A stretch of DNA of 62,770 nt, the filler included, from Bipalium vagum (lineage: Eukaryota): assembly GCA_037834085.1 (NCBI GenBank). It is 3 parts of 3 records of this genome, joined end to end, with 100 filler letters (N's around TTAATTAATTAA, not from the genome) between each part and the next. Parts side by side here need not be neighbours in the genome. Positions count along the whole stretch, not along the records: positions 1 to 23,174 come from JBBMKC010212482.1; positions 23,275 to 47,079 come from JBBMKC010206266.1; 1 more part is not named here. One strand, written 5' to 3'. The notes below the pieces were generated by a model. It had not been told where the DNA came from and did no database searches. It worked only from the letters and a program-made list of their open reading frames with translations. This document shows positions 14,068 to 27,179 of the stretch, in pieces (position 1 is the first letter of the stretch; the number at the start of each line of letters is the position of its first letter). A program made the translations under genes and the position numbers.

Positions 14068-15272
14068 TATAAGTTGAAGTAATTAAATATTCTTAAAATT
14101 AAAAGAATATAAATAAAAAAAGAATAAAAATAAAAGTAAGATTAATCGATACATGTCTGCCGACGAGTAACAAGTTTATTGATGCCTGTAGAATAAAAAT
14201 CCATGCTTCTGGAGGCAACGAATTCAATAAAAGTCTTTTCGACTTGGGCTCGGTCTTTGAAGCACCTCTCACGCAAGAAGTTGTCAAAATGCTTTTAAAA
14301 TGATAATCTATTAGTGAGAGAGGTCTGGTAGTTGGTGAGTGAGACAACATCTCCTAGCCCAACTCGTTCAGTTTCTGCAGCGTTATTTGGGAGACCTGTG
14401 GACTTGCATTGTCGTGCAACATAATTAAACCCTTTCTGTTGGTCAGTGCCGTGCATATGCGTTTCAGTTTTTAGTGCATTTCTTGGATCTGAGCACAGAA
14501 CATGTGAGCGGTAATAGTTTCTCTAGGATAAAGGAAACTGTGATGAATTAAGCCAGCCATAGACCACCAATCAATCACCATTTTTGTTGTTGCAAATTCG
14601 GCTTTGGGGAATGTTTGGGAGCCTCATCATGGTCCAGGTATTGTGAAGAACGTCTTCGATTATCCCATAAGAGCCAATTCTCATGGCACGACACGATTCT
14701 ATGGAGAATGAGTCACCGTTGTTGCGCAGAATCAGTGAAGATGCCATTTCAAAACGACGGTTTCTTTGATTTTTATTCAGTTTATATGGTACTAATTTAT
14801 TTATTTTTTCACCTTTCCAATTTGGTTTAAAAGGCAATATACGGTGGATTGATTGACGTTGAGTTCATCTGCGACTTCTATGGTAGTTTTAGATGGATCC
14901 CTTTCAATTACCTTTTTCAATTGGTCATTACCAATCGTTGATGGACGACCTCATGCCGAAATCTTTCAAATCAACTATTTTTCATACGTTGATTAACAGT
15001 TCCAGGACTAAATGCATTATTTATTTTCCGAATAGTTTCGCAGGCTTTTTAGGCCTAATTTGTATTCAATATACAAAAATTTTTTCCATGTTTGATTAAG
15101 TCTTCTAGAAAATATATTAATACTAATAATTAATAGTAATTTGTGCAGGAGATACTTCATGAAATGTTAGCTTTCGAATTTTATTAATATGTGGAATATT
15201 AAATCAAGCTATGGATTAAAATCAATTAAGTAATCGAATTACTCAGCAAGACATTTTTTCATCAACCTTATA
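14068..15272 (-). mobile_element. Degenerate mariner transposon
   Basis: LVPYKLN, NRKGLIMLHDNA, LSHSPTTRPLSLIDYHF (WVPHEL / HDNA / YSPDL motifs); terminus TAAGGTTGATGAAAAAATGTC. Confidence 0.85.
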
Positions 15273-15989
15273 TATTCGTGGTTATTCAAAAGTTCTCATT
15301 AATGAACACAAAAATTGAAAGTATATAGGATAAAGAGTATTTTTTATTCTGAGTATTTTTTAAAAAAATGTAATGTTAACTTAATCTTGACTGTTACGTG
15401 AGAGAAAGGTTTGGTGTTTTAGAGATCTCACAATATTCTTCCTATTTTATCAATTATCTTAATTCAGGCGTCGTTGTCAATTTCGACACATTCAGGGTTT
15501 TGTTTTTGTGTATTGTTGATGTATTTCTTATATCCTTTCCTAAGAAAAGTAAAATTGCACGATTATATTTAAGAGATATTTAAATTGATTAATAATTCCT
15601 ATTATTGTAAAATCTACAAGAAATAAGTGCACCTAATTTTTAAAAAATCGAATACTTTTGTTTTTCAACTACATATTAGATTCACATTTGTTTTTCATAA
15701 TTTTTTAAAACAATATTTCTTTTTCAGTTAGTAAAACACAAATTTTCTCTATTTACAAAATATACTCTGGGAAATCATACAAAATACTACAATAGGTTTT
15801 CATATTTTATGTTCTTTGTTTTTTATGTTTATAACAATAATATCTTAGAATTTGAAAATTGAATTTTATATTAGGGTGTATCAAGAGTCTATTTCCATAA
15901 AATAATATTTAAATATAAAAAACAGAAGAACAAAAATTAATTAATTTTCGAAATATAATCCTTTGTTTTCAATGACCTTAATTCATCTC

Positions 15990-16310
15990 TGTTAATTGCA
16001 GAATCTGATGAAAAAACCATACTTTGATTTTGGGGGTAAAAATTTCATAAGGCTATTTAGCGTACTGCTAATAAACTTCTCGTACTTTTTCATTTAACAT
16101 TTTTTCATTTAAATTTTTCTCATCCACCAAGGATTGCTAGCTGGAACGAGCTATATTAAATATTGACATATCTCCTTTGTTAAAGAGTTTAAAACAATTA
16201 GACGCTGAACGTCTGTCAATCACTTCATTACCTTCTACTGAATATATATCTTCAGCTGCAGACTTCGCTTAGGTATCTTAAAATGATTCAATCTGTTGTT
16301 TTTTCGTCAC
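15990..16310 (-). mobile_element. Mariner 5' (HTH) fragment
   Basis: AAEDIYSVEGNEVIDRRSASNCFKLFNKGDMS, similar to the N-terminus of the 62307 element. Confidence 0.55.
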
Positions 16311-16710
16311 TGATAATATAGGAAAAAATACTAACTAAATATAAATAAAGTCTTAATTTATTAATGAAATAAAATTCTGCAATAAAAAACCTTTAAATTG
16401 AATAGTGTTATTAAATGAAAGTTTTAATTAAATAAATTCTAAACTTATATAAGACTAATATTTTTATATGATAATTCAAAGACCCATCCAAATGAGAAAA
16501 AATAATTAAATTCGTTGAGTTAATATTATAAAATACCAGGATTAGATATTTGATTAAATAATAAAATAAGAAAGAGAAATGAAATAAATAATTAAAAAGT
16601 TAAATAGTAAAATAAAAATAAATTAAAATTTTTAGAAGTTTATTATTTTTTTACAATTTTTATAAAGTAAATCAAAATCTTTGTATATTTAACCAAAAAT
16701 TAATTTAAAG

Positions 16711-16849
16711 GGTGGTGGAAATATTCTCATAGCTGGCTCTGGACTATGTGGAGATGTCTTTCGACAAAATCATTGTAATGTAATTTTCGGAGCCATTCCA
16801 AAGCCAGCTGTTTTAGTGCAAGATGGACTGTTGAAGGCTGAAATACCAA
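16711..16849 (+). CDS. CAMTA: CAMTA-like gene, exon C (IPT/TIG core)
   Basis: aag| and |gtaaga boundaries; GGGNILIAG...CNVIFGAIPKPAVLVQDGLLKAEIP, compare GGVKVLITG...CLFDQISVPASLIQPGVLRCYCP. Confidence 0.8.
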
Positions 16850-17049
16850 GTAAGAGCGTTATCCATTTTGGTTGAAATAGTATTGAATAATATAAACATC
16901 ATTTTTATATTCAGATCTGTTATTTGATAAAACAACGAATGATTGAGTAATCGAAATGTCAATTAATAAATCTGCATATATAAAACCAAAGTTACCCGAA
17001 GTACTAATCTATTCATTATGCGTTACCTAAAAAATCAATATTGAACCTT

Positions 17050-17330
17050 TACCGAACAAATAGGCTAAAACAATATTGTAATTTAATATTATTCAGTTGA
17101 AGAATTTAATTATGAGTGGAACAGTTATAGAGAAATAGTAAGATTTGTCTATTTTTCTCATGAAGATACAGATCTTATTTTTAATCCACGATTCGAATGT
17201 TCTTGTAGCCATCCAAGCATTACTATTAGCTAAATATTGAATTTGGATTTTTGAATTTTTAAAACAGCGGTAATTTGTCGATTTCCATATAACTAAAAAT
17301 GGCAGCTTTTCTGTTCCTGTCATATTCTTT
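17050..17330 (-). mobile_element. pogo/Tigger DDE_1 transposase fragment
   Basis: MTGTEKLPFLVIWKSTNYRCFK...YLANSNAWMATRTFESW. Confidence 0.8.
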
Positions 17331-17599
17331 CACATTCTATTTCATGAAATTTTATATTTATTTTTACAAAAATATCAATTTAAGGGTTTATATTTATCAT
17401 TGAATAATCTTTGAGCAATTAAATGTTGTATTTCCTGAAAAAGATGGTATGCTTTCAGGCATGATTGAGATTACTCGTTGAATTTACTGTTGTGGAATAT
17501 AATTCTATTCCATAACAGTCATACATACCATACATGTTGTATTCTCTCTTAAATGTAATCCTACTTCATCCCATTACTGAAAATTAGTCATGTCACCAA

Positions 17600-18601
17600 A
17601 AAATATGTGTGTCTAATGCTGTTTCAGACAGAACGGTGTGAGAGTGGTTTGAAAAATTTCACCAAGACCACACTGATTTGAAAGACGCACCTCGTTCGTG
17701 CTGACCAATTGCAGAAAAGAACCACGAAATGATTGAACTAATCAATCAAGACCGGCACATAAGCAGTTATGACATTGCCAAGGATCTACGCATTTGTCAA
17801 CAATCGGTTTTAAATCATCTCGATAAATTTGGTTACAAGAAGAAGCTTGATAATTGGTTGCCTCATAAGTTATCAGAAAAGGATTTAATCAGGAGAATTT
17901 CTATTTCAGATTCCTTATTGAAAAGAAATGAAATTGATACTCTTCTTAAAAGTATGATTACTGGATATGAAACATGAATCACCTATGATAATAATATTAG
18001 AAAAAGATTGTGGTCCAAAAAAGATGAAGCTCCACAGATAATTGCAAAGCCAAGATTGTCCTCAAGAAAGGTGAGGCTGTCTGTTTGGATTGGAAAGGAA
18101 TCGTGTGTTATGAGATTTTGGAACCCGATCAGACAGTTGATTCTATATTCTATTGTGATCAACTTGATAGATTAAATCAAGCGATGAAAAAGCCGGCCAC
18201 ATTTAGTCAACAGAAAGAATTTCGTGTTCCTTGACGACAACGCCCGATCACACAACTCGTTGATGACTTGTACAAAATTGAAAGAGTTATGCTTGGAATT
18301 TCTGATGCATTCAGCTTATAGTTCAGACCTAGCACCGTCGGACTATCATTTTTTTCGGTCTCTAAAAAAATTTCTTTTCAATGGCTTCAAGAGATGACTG
18401 CTAAAGGTACTTGGAACAGTTCTTCGATCAGAAATCCGAAAAATTTTATAGTGATGGTATTATGACTTTACCAGATAAATGGCGAAAGGTTGTAGATCAA
18501 AAAGGGACATATTTGATTAAATAAATTTTATTTGTTATATATAAAAAGGTTTTTTGTTTTTTACTTTAAAAAGGGCGGAAACCTTTTAGGTTACCTGATA
18601 T
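17600..18601 (+). mobile_element. Degenerate mariner transposon (5' truncated)
   Basis: WLPHKLSE, ITGYET*ITYDN, FLDDNARSH, AYSSDLAPSDYHFFRSL; TIR-like end ...CTTTTAGGTTACCTGA+TA. Confidence 0.9.
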
Positions 18602-18780
18602 AATTCCTCTGTCTGGTTATGTATTTTGTATAATTTTGATTTGCTTAAATAAAAGTTATCTTCACATTTTTTAGAATTTAAAGCTGGTCACTTATGGCTA
18701 ACCCTATATTTTAATATTATATTAATTAATAATAATTCGAATTTTTTCAAGAGATAAGTTGTCTATTATTATTATTTTAG

Positions 18781-18957
18781 GTCAGCTAATGCCCGGTGAG
18801 GTTGGTGTAAAAATTCAAGTTGGATCACAAACCACAGGATTATTGATAATGTTTAAGTATATTGATTCCACAATTTTTTCTGGAAATAAAACTAGACCGT
18901 CCACGAACTCTGAATATGACCTTAATGAAGTGATACGGACCTGGATTTTTCAAAAAG
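18781..18957 (+). CDS. CAMTA: CAMTA-like gene, exon D (end of IPT/TIG)
   Basis: ttttag| and |gtgaat boundaries; QLMPGEVGVKIQV...FKY, compare HDTGLVTLQVA...FEY; phases compatible. Confidence 0.75.
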
Positions 18958-19009
18958 GTGAATCTTAATCTATGTGAATACGTTGATTAATAATTATCAT
19001 TGATCTTAG

Positions 19010-19122
19010 AAAGTGAACTAAAAGTGAAAGTAGTTGATCAGATGTCGTTATTAGAAGAAGAAATAATGAAAATGAAAGTAACTCCAAATTCTAACCTAGA
19101 CCTCAATTTTCTGGATGCAGAA
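19010..19122 (+). CDS. CAMTA: CAMTA-like gene, exon E
   Basis: Follows a 52-nt GT-AG intron; ESELKVKVVDQMSLLEEEIMKM aligns with the CAMTA post-IPT helix; donor gtacat. Confidence 0.65.
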
Positions 19123-19299
19123 GTACATCAATTAAGATTTATTTCATTATATTTTTTAGTATTTAAAGGCTGAAACTTATATTTATTTTTTTAAGTACTT
19201 TCATTGATGACTTATCTGAAATGTCATCATGCTTCATATTTATTCAGGAGGATACTTGTGTAGTTTAAAATTTTTAATCAGATAAAGAAAAACTCTTTT

Positions 19300-20080
19300 A
19301 TGTTGAAGAATAATTGTACTCACTATAACTTCTTTTAATATCATTACACTTGTCCGAACAGTTCTCCAACTGGAGAATCTAATCATTAATGTGGTCTACT
19401 GGAAGACTTTCGAATATATCTTTATAGGTCCTATGACATCAAAATCTGTTGAGAAACGCTTTCACGAAGGAATATTTTGAGGTTTCGGAATAGATCGAAA
19501 TCTGATCTAGCAGATCTTGTGAATATGGTGGAATGGATGAAATCTCGTTATGACAAGAACATCTTTTTGATCCAGTGCATTATCTTGATGAAATAAAAAA
19601 AAATTCTAATTCGGATCTTTTAAAAATAATCATTTTTTCTATCTGGTCAAATAGAACTGAATCATACTCTTCAGTTGTTGTTCTATCGTTTTGAAGTAAT
19701 CAATAACAAAATCTCCATCGCATTCCAATAAATTAATGCCAACACCTTGACTGATCAGGTTCATCTTGGTTGCTTTTGAACTGAATTAACAAATTTAGTC
19801 CAAAATCTGTACTGCTTTTGGATTTAAGGTCATAGTGATAGACCGAATTTTCATCCATAGTTACAGACCCATGGATAAAATCACTTTTTAAACCAGTCCA
19901 AATGTTGCTGAAAAAGGTTTATCGGTTGAATATTTTATCTCCTGTTAAGAAATTTGATACCTATTTTGTGTATAAATTTGTCAGTCTAATTCCTTTGTCT
20001 AGATTTGAAACACTTCTTCAGATTATATGTTCATATCAAGAGGAATTTTACACAAAGTCAATCGTTTTTTTATCGACTAA
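19300..20080 (-). mobile_element. Degenerate mariner transposon
   Basis: VTMDENSVYHYD, FHQDNA, PPYSQDL...SDF.LF.NLK on the minus strand. Confidence 0.8.
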
Positions 20081-21288
20081 AATTTTGTAGAAACTCCCAC
20101 CATAAACCAAGAATGTGTATGGAAAAGTGCGCAGGAAAAAAGGATCAAAAGAAGAAAAAGAAAGGAAGAATCAGTTAGCAAACTCTAAGAATACAAAATA
20201 AATTCATTTTTACAATATGAAACAAAAAAAAATTATGTGCATGAAAATTTTATTGTGTTAATTATTTTCTTATACTAAAAAAAATTCATTCAGATTTTTC
20301 GAAATTATTTGTAATATTGATTTTATAAAAATTATGAAAACATAGTTCTAATGTTTTTATTATGTGTGCTTCCAATCTATTTTAAAAAATAAAAATCACA
20401 ATTATAAATAATAATAAATATTTCTCTTTAGTAAAAGAAATAATAATAATTAAATATAATCTTAATAAATAATTAGATAAATAAATAGAAAATAATTAAA
20501 TTAACTGTTTTCTAATTTGAACACTTCTTTAGACTTATTTAAATCAAGAATATTTTAATCTTCTAATAATAATAATTAATATTGATAATATTTATTAATA
20601 ATTACAAAATTATAATACTCACATTGTAATACATACTCAACAATATCAATAATTGATATTTTATTTAATGACATTTTTGGGCACCCAGAACGAACATCAT
20701 ATCGAATAATTTTTTACAGAATAAATATTCTTATACAAATATACTACTGTGCGATGCTTAAAATTTACATTTTAGAAATATCGGTAAACATCAGTTTTTT
20801 ATCTTTTTTGACATTGATTGTTCTATATAAACACAAATAATCCATTCTTAACTTTTTTGTTAATATCTATTTAATAAAAATCTTTTTTATGGAATCAATG
20901 AAAACACGAGATTGAGACAGTATTAGTTTTTATAACATAATTATTCAAATATAATGGATAAAAGTAAAAGATGTGAGAAATATTACAAACTTTAAAAATT
21001 TTAATAGTATTTTTTATTGGACATCATCGATTTCAATAAATTTTATTTTTTTAGTTTTCTGCAAAAAAAATAAAATGACATGTTGTACTCTCAAAAATGT
21101 TTTAGAATTTTAAATTTATATTAACTATAATAAATAAAATAAATTTTAAATAAGTCTTTAATTTTATAGATTATTTGAACTTTTTTATATTATACTTTAT
21201 TGCATTACACCAATTCTTAAATTTATTCACAAACTTATCATTTTAAGCCATCTATAATTAATTCCGATTGACATTTTTTTTCTTTCAG

Positions 21289-21521
21289 AACATTTCAACT
21301 GAAATGATTAGAGTCAGACGTTGGTGTTGTAGAGACAGTCTTGAGCTGGTTTTGACTCGGTGTTGCTTTACTTGGTGTCGCCGAGCTCTCTACAGTCTCA
21401 AAGGGCATATCGCGCTTGATTCCTCTGACGACAGTTCCAAGCTGGACACATCGTTACCAGTCACCACTGTTGATTGTCAGTTAATGGATTTGCCCTTAAT
21501 TCATCTCATTGCTGGACTTGG
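21289..21521 (+). CDS. CAMTA: CAMTA-like gene, exon F (start of ankyrin repeat)
   Basis: tttcag| and |gtaatc boundaries; ends DLPLIHLIAGLG, compare CAMTA GMTLLHLAAAQG. No further exon found before the scaffold ends. Confidence 0.7.
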
Positions 21522-21979
21522 GTAATCATTAAAGTTTGATATCTATAATCAGTTTGTAATTCATTAATTAATTATATATTTAAATTGAACTTTATTTTCA
21601 TTTTAAATTGAGAACTAAATTTTTTTAATTTGAAGAAATTTTTTCATTCTTTTTTGAAAAATTTTCGTTAAAAATATTTTACAATTTTTAATGAACTCTT
21701 TTTTATCATTTTGAGTTTTAGTTTCTGAGTAATTATAAATAAATAAGGGGTTGTATAAAATTAATGTTTTTAAGTTAAAAAGAAATCGCCATTTTGAAGT
21801 GGCATCTTCATTGCTTTTGCACTTCAACAGTGACATGTCTATTCATCGAATCATGGTGTACGTTGAGAAATAAATTCTATTCTCAAAATTAGGTTAAAAC
21901 TAGCATTCCAGAAAAGAAAATCAAAAATTGAAGAAATTGTAGAAAATATTACATAAAAGAAAATATACATAAATATTAA

Positions 21980-23085
21980 TTACAGAAAAGGTAATAGCAC
22001 TGCAGATCTTTTTATTTCGTATGTTAAAGCGATGGTAACACGAATTTTTGGTTAAGATTAATGGTGAAAGCAAGTATGAGACAAGAAACGAGATTGGCTC
22101 CTTTCACTGTCGTGGAATTAGGATCTCTAAATTTAATTAGTTGTGTAGATCTGCAATCGCATTTTGGCATATATCTTGGTTAGTTATAAGAAATTAGAAA
22201 AATTCCTCAAGGTTTATGTAAGATAGAAGTAAATGTCGGAAGAATGATTATTGACGAGGAAAGATTCCAGGTTGCAGGAAAAGGACTCAAGTACGACAAT
22301 AATCATAAACTATCGAATTTAATTCGACAACACGCTAGTGGCGTCATGGCAGATAATTTATGTTTGTTTAACACACCTTGTCAAACATGATATAACTAAA
22401 GGAAATTCAATAAATATTAAGCCCTACATACAACCGGTTCATTTGGAAAGCAAAATATCGTACGCTTTCAAGATTTTGTAACTCGTCGTGCAATTATCCC
22501 CTCGTATATTTGTTATCGATATTTACATTACAAACTCTGCAGTCGAGCAAATAAGTTTAAGATTGTCAATTTGTCTAATCAGTGTTGGAAAATCCAATGT
22601 TTGAAAAAAAACTTTCATCTATTATTAAAATTTTTGAAAATCAATAATTGTCTTTTATCCTTTTGCATTTCAGCCGGACCAATAATGGGTACCGATAATC
22701 GTAGAGTTGATTCAAATGTAAATTGAATACTACCCATAAATGTAAATAGTGATTTAATTTCTGCATTATTGACTTTACAGAGCTGAATATCTGTCGATAA
22801 CAATGCTTTAACTATTTGATTTATAAATTGCTTTTCATTATTCAAGGATTAGGATATGAATGATTGACTTAATTTGGTTATAACATTGTTGGTAAGCCCT
22901 TTCAAATGCTTTGCCAGATGCTCTTTGCTTGAAAAAAGTTGATAAGCGGTCATACATTATTGGGATGGAACAAATTAAGCAAGAAAGTTCTGATGAAGGA
23001 CACTTTTTGAATTCATTTGGAAATTCAAAACTGTATTTATTAATTTTGGATATATTAGAGGCTGTGATTTTAGACATAAGTACTA
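21980..23085 (-). mobile_element. Degenerate hAT-related (CGGBP-like BED) transposase
   Basis: ELSCLICSIPIMYDRLST zinc-finger-like segment; FINQIVKALLSTDIQLCKVNN...ESTLR helix region; frameshifted. Confidence 0.55.
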
Positions 23086-23174
23086 ATTACAATGATTCAA
23101 ACAATCTTTTAATCACGCTTACAAATTAATTTTATGCATTAAAATTATAATTGATTTACAAAAAATTATATATA

Positions 23175-23274
23175 NNNNNNNNNNNNNNNNNNNNNNNNNN
23201 NNNNNNNNNNNNNNNNNNTTAATTAATTAANNNNNNNNNNNNNNNNNNNNNNNNNNNNNNNNNNNNNNNNNNNN
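23175..23274. other. Artificial scaffold spacer 44N-TTAATTAATTAA-44N
   Basis: Exactly 100 nt, with a palindromic 12-mer giving stops in all six frames; identical to 47080-47179. Confidence 0.95.
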
Positions 23275-24537
23275 TAAACAAAAAAAAGAGTTTCATGCAC
23301 AGAGGTTCGAATCAAGTTAAATCAATAAGTTATTTATGATCTGAGGGCAAATGTTAGTCTGTGCTGATCTGTGCCTGGAAATCTGTTCCTGGGAGTCTCC
23401 ACAGATATAATTGATATTTTCTTCCATATTCACAGTGGTTGGAGAATCAGTGTATGGTGCATCGACAATGTTGGTTTTACATCCTTTGAAATCAGGTTTC
23501 CAATTTTTAGTGGCCTACCTTTTTCATGTGATCGAAAATTTACTCTTTTTTGTACAAATAATTGATTATTGAGCGCTGCTTAAATTTTGTATTTTTGAAA
23601 TAACACCAAACAAGTCAGTTTAAACAATCACTATAAATAGAAAATTCAATAAATCAATTTGTAATATTTAATATTGACATTTGAGATATTCCATTTAAAA
23701 ATAGCACATTAAATATACTGTCATATTGCTGCTCACTTTGAAGCTAAAATATTTTCATCTAGCCTAGTCGTTCTTAATAATACTAATAATATATAAACTT
23801 ATTGTGACATGCAAATTAATGATAATTATTATTATTATTTTAACCACAATAACCATAAAATCAATAATAATATAGCCGTAAACATGAACAGTTGTGACTT
23901 ACTTCAAATTAATAATTTATAAATAGTTAAATAAATTTTCGAGTATAAATAATTATCGAACAATTATTTAATTTTGTTAATTAATGATCTTTTGATTGGT
24001 GCAAATTATTTAAAATCATTACTTATTAATTAATATTTTTATAATTAAAAAAAACTTTCATGTGGCATAAAATAAATCAGTGAAAATATTTTTTTAATTA
24101 AAAAGGCGAAATAATTAAATTTTATTTGATTTATATAATTTTTTTAATTTATCAGTGAACAGTCGAAAGCAATTCTGAAGACATTGTTAATTTTAATGAT
24201 GTCTCGAATATTGATCCGCTTTCGTCTGGAAGCGTCTCAACATCCATTGTTAGGGAAAAGATTATTAGGATGTATATCTATGAATGATTTTATAGGGAAA
24301 TTAATTCTCTAGAAGCTTTTGGATTAAGGAACGTTTTCGTTGGGATTATCAATTTTATTTTTTGGGGAACAGGGGTTTTTTGAGATTATTTTGCCGATAG
24401 AACTGCTAAAAATAGCACGAGGAAATCATTGGAAAGGCTTCGGTTTCTTTATGTGTCTTTAAAGTCGTTTTTTTTTCAAGACATCTTTTTTGCATTCAAA
24501 TACCTGCTTGCTCCTTGATAGATCTATCCCTGTTAAG

Positions 24538-24701
24538 GTAGTCCATCCGGTAAGACTGACAACTCCCAGGATCCGTTGAAGAATCCTCAGTTTGAGATGG
24601 ATTATCAATGTCAACCGAATTATTACCACTGGATTCCAGGTAGCAAAAAGGAGCCGATAAAATCTTCTTTCGTCAGATATGGCCAAGATATGGATGACAG
24701 A
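24538..24701 (+). CDS. Putative internal exon, unknown gene
   Basis: ttaag| and |gtaaga boundaries; open SPSGKTDNSQDPLKNPQFEMDY...GQDMDDR; locally GC-elevated. Confidence 0.4.
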
Positions 24702-26169
24702 GTAAGAAAACTGTTTTACAATAATAATATTGGTTCTTAATAATCCCCACTTGACGATTTTATAAATTTAAGAATAACACTAAATGACGTCATCTGTTGT
24801 TTAATTTGTAGCTTTGCTGTTAATGTTTCCAGACATTATTGTCATTTTTCAAGTCAATTTGGAATTTTTACAAACAATAAACAGGTAATCAATTGTGTAA
24901 TCAGCCTCATTCTCCATAACTTGTCGCCACCTATCAAATGTTTTTTGCTCTCTCAAAGAATCTATTTCAACAGAAGTCTTCTGTACAGTCTTCGTTGCAA
25001 ATAATTACCTTTTTATGGTAACATAACAAAAAGGTACATTTTTGTCGGCTATACTGCTATTGGAATTTCCGTTTAAAACTATTTTCAACAAAATTTATTT
25101 ACATAAGCACCTTTCTTTTCAGTTACAAACAATTATAATCCTCCCAGAAGATAATAACACCTAATACGGTTAAATATTACAGATAATCAATAGTTTATAT
25201 CATTCCATCGTCGAAAGTATCTAGTGAAAGGCTATCGGCGTCATCGTCAGCATTGCTGTTGTTGGGTTTGACATTATCAGCCATTCTCTCAGTATCTGTG
25301 ACAACCAAAATTGACATTGATCTAGGACCATTGTATACTGTGATCCATTTAATATTTAAGAAAAAGCAGAACGAACCAATGGAATTGATGATTTTTTTTC
25401 TGAAGTCTCAATTTTAATATAATTTTGTTGTTCCTCTTGAACAAATAATTGCTAGAAAAATAAATAGACATTACACTATTCAGAAGTGCACGACTTTCTT
25501 TGCCTGTCTGAAAGATCGTTAATGGTGATAAGTTCAGAAAAAGACAATGTTTGTGAGGAACTTTAAGGTGGAAGGCGATTTCGAGGTGAAAAGGGATAAA
25601 AGAAATAATTGTTCTTTGGGAATCTTTATCTTTTACTTTTATATTTTATTCCCAAGGTGAATTCTTAACGGTCTGCTGTTCATAGGCCGTTTTGGTTTTC
25701 CTTTTGCCTTCTTTTACCCCCAACAAAACCCAACTGAAGACATTGTATGCTTCTTAATACAATTATCCTTTTTGATATTTCAAGGAAATTATCCAGCGCA
25801 GAAAAACATGACGATTAATTAGAAAATATGTTTACTTTGCTTTAATTAAGTTTCCCTTTTTACTTGCCATGATATTTACGATCAAAACGACATGTAAACA
25901 TCCCAATCGGCACTGCTGGTGGTAAAAGCGAATTATCAGATGAAAGCAGGAAATCGTTACGGCGGCCCTCTCCCATGCCAACCAGGGAGACCAGTTCTGA
26001 TTCACGGTCGACTGAACTCCCAAAGCGTGAGACTTTCGTCTGGAAACCGGTGATGAAAAGAAATGAAACAGAAGCGTATTTTTCTAAAATGGGATTCATA
26101 TAGTTTTATTGATTTGTTGACCTTTGAAAGATTGAAGTGATGATAATCATCATTAGTTTCCGATTATAG

Positions 26170-26306
26170 AGTTCCATCAGAAACGGGAGCATCAACCAAT
26201 TCCGAGTCCTGGACATGTGCTCGACCTACACCAGTTCCATTCCTCGTAGTCAAAATGTGGAAAACCATTTGAGAAATTCGGAAATGGACGAAATGTACAA
26301 TCAGGA
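26170..26306 (+). CDS. Putative exon of Ser/Pro/Asn-rich orphan protein
   Basis: tag|SSIRNGSINQFRVLDM...MYNQE|gtaaat; a 53-nt intron joins it in phase to the next exon. Confidence 0.45.
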
Positions 26307-26359
26307 GTAAATTGATTTTCAATTGTGGGGTTTGTGTTTGTTGATTTTCAATTTTCAAG

Positions 26360-26870
26360 GTATCTCCACCCGCAAAACTCCTCAATAATGTGCACCCTTG
26401 CAGCATCCCCTTACAACGTGCACTCTTTTTCTACCACTCAACACCAGATTTCACTGCCTCAATATAATTTTTCGTCATTCGCTAATCAGCCGTACCTTTC
26501 AAGTTACCTGTCAAATCACAACAATCAATTTCCACTATTATCATCCTACCCTATTCTTCATTCTCCATCCTTGGAATCCAGTCCAAATTGTGTTGCCACC
26601 ACGGTTCTGCCCCCAATTGTCTCTTCATTAGATGCCAATGACAATGTCATCAGCAATGATTTGGATCTGTCTCCTTCTTTCATTAAGCCCGGAATGATCA
26701 TGAACCAGCAACATGCAACTCAATACTTAACTCCGGCGTCCAAGTTCAAGCAGAACCCTTACAACTACTCTCTGTCTCCAAACATCGGAATCAACTACGA
26801 GTCTCGAACTGTCGATCGTCAAGGATCCGTCTCTACTTTTCCCAACATCGATCAAACAACAAATATTTGA
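26360..26870 (+). CDS. Terminal exon of Ser/Pro/Asn-rich orphan protein
   Basis: ttttcaag| acceptor; about 170 open codons to TGA; GC-elevated; AATAAA downstream near 27003. Confidence 0.6.
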
Positions 26871-27179
26871 TCTCGTTACTCCTTGGCTGTACAGAACTGA
26901 TTCGATCACAAAAGTCTATTTAACATTTCCATCATTCTGGAAAACCTGCTTTCCTTGCAAAGGAAAAGATCATTTAGCCAAATTGTTATGAATTAAAACG
27001 AAAATAAATTTATTTCCATTTTATTCTTTTACCAATAATAATATTTAATAATAGCAAAACACCCCCACCTAAAGAAAAAGAAGGTTTGTATTAAGGTATC
27101 CACAACAATGACTTATAGGAACTTAACTTAATAATATTGGGTTGTGTCATATGAAATATTATATTTATTGATTGGTTGA

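Noticed and set aside
21521-26360. Splicing CAMTA exon F (GG|) to 26360 (|G TAT) would give the ankyrin-like LG-Y
   Set aside because: Crosses an artificial spacer; the following sequence is not ankyrin-like; a local 53-nt intron already explains that acceptor.
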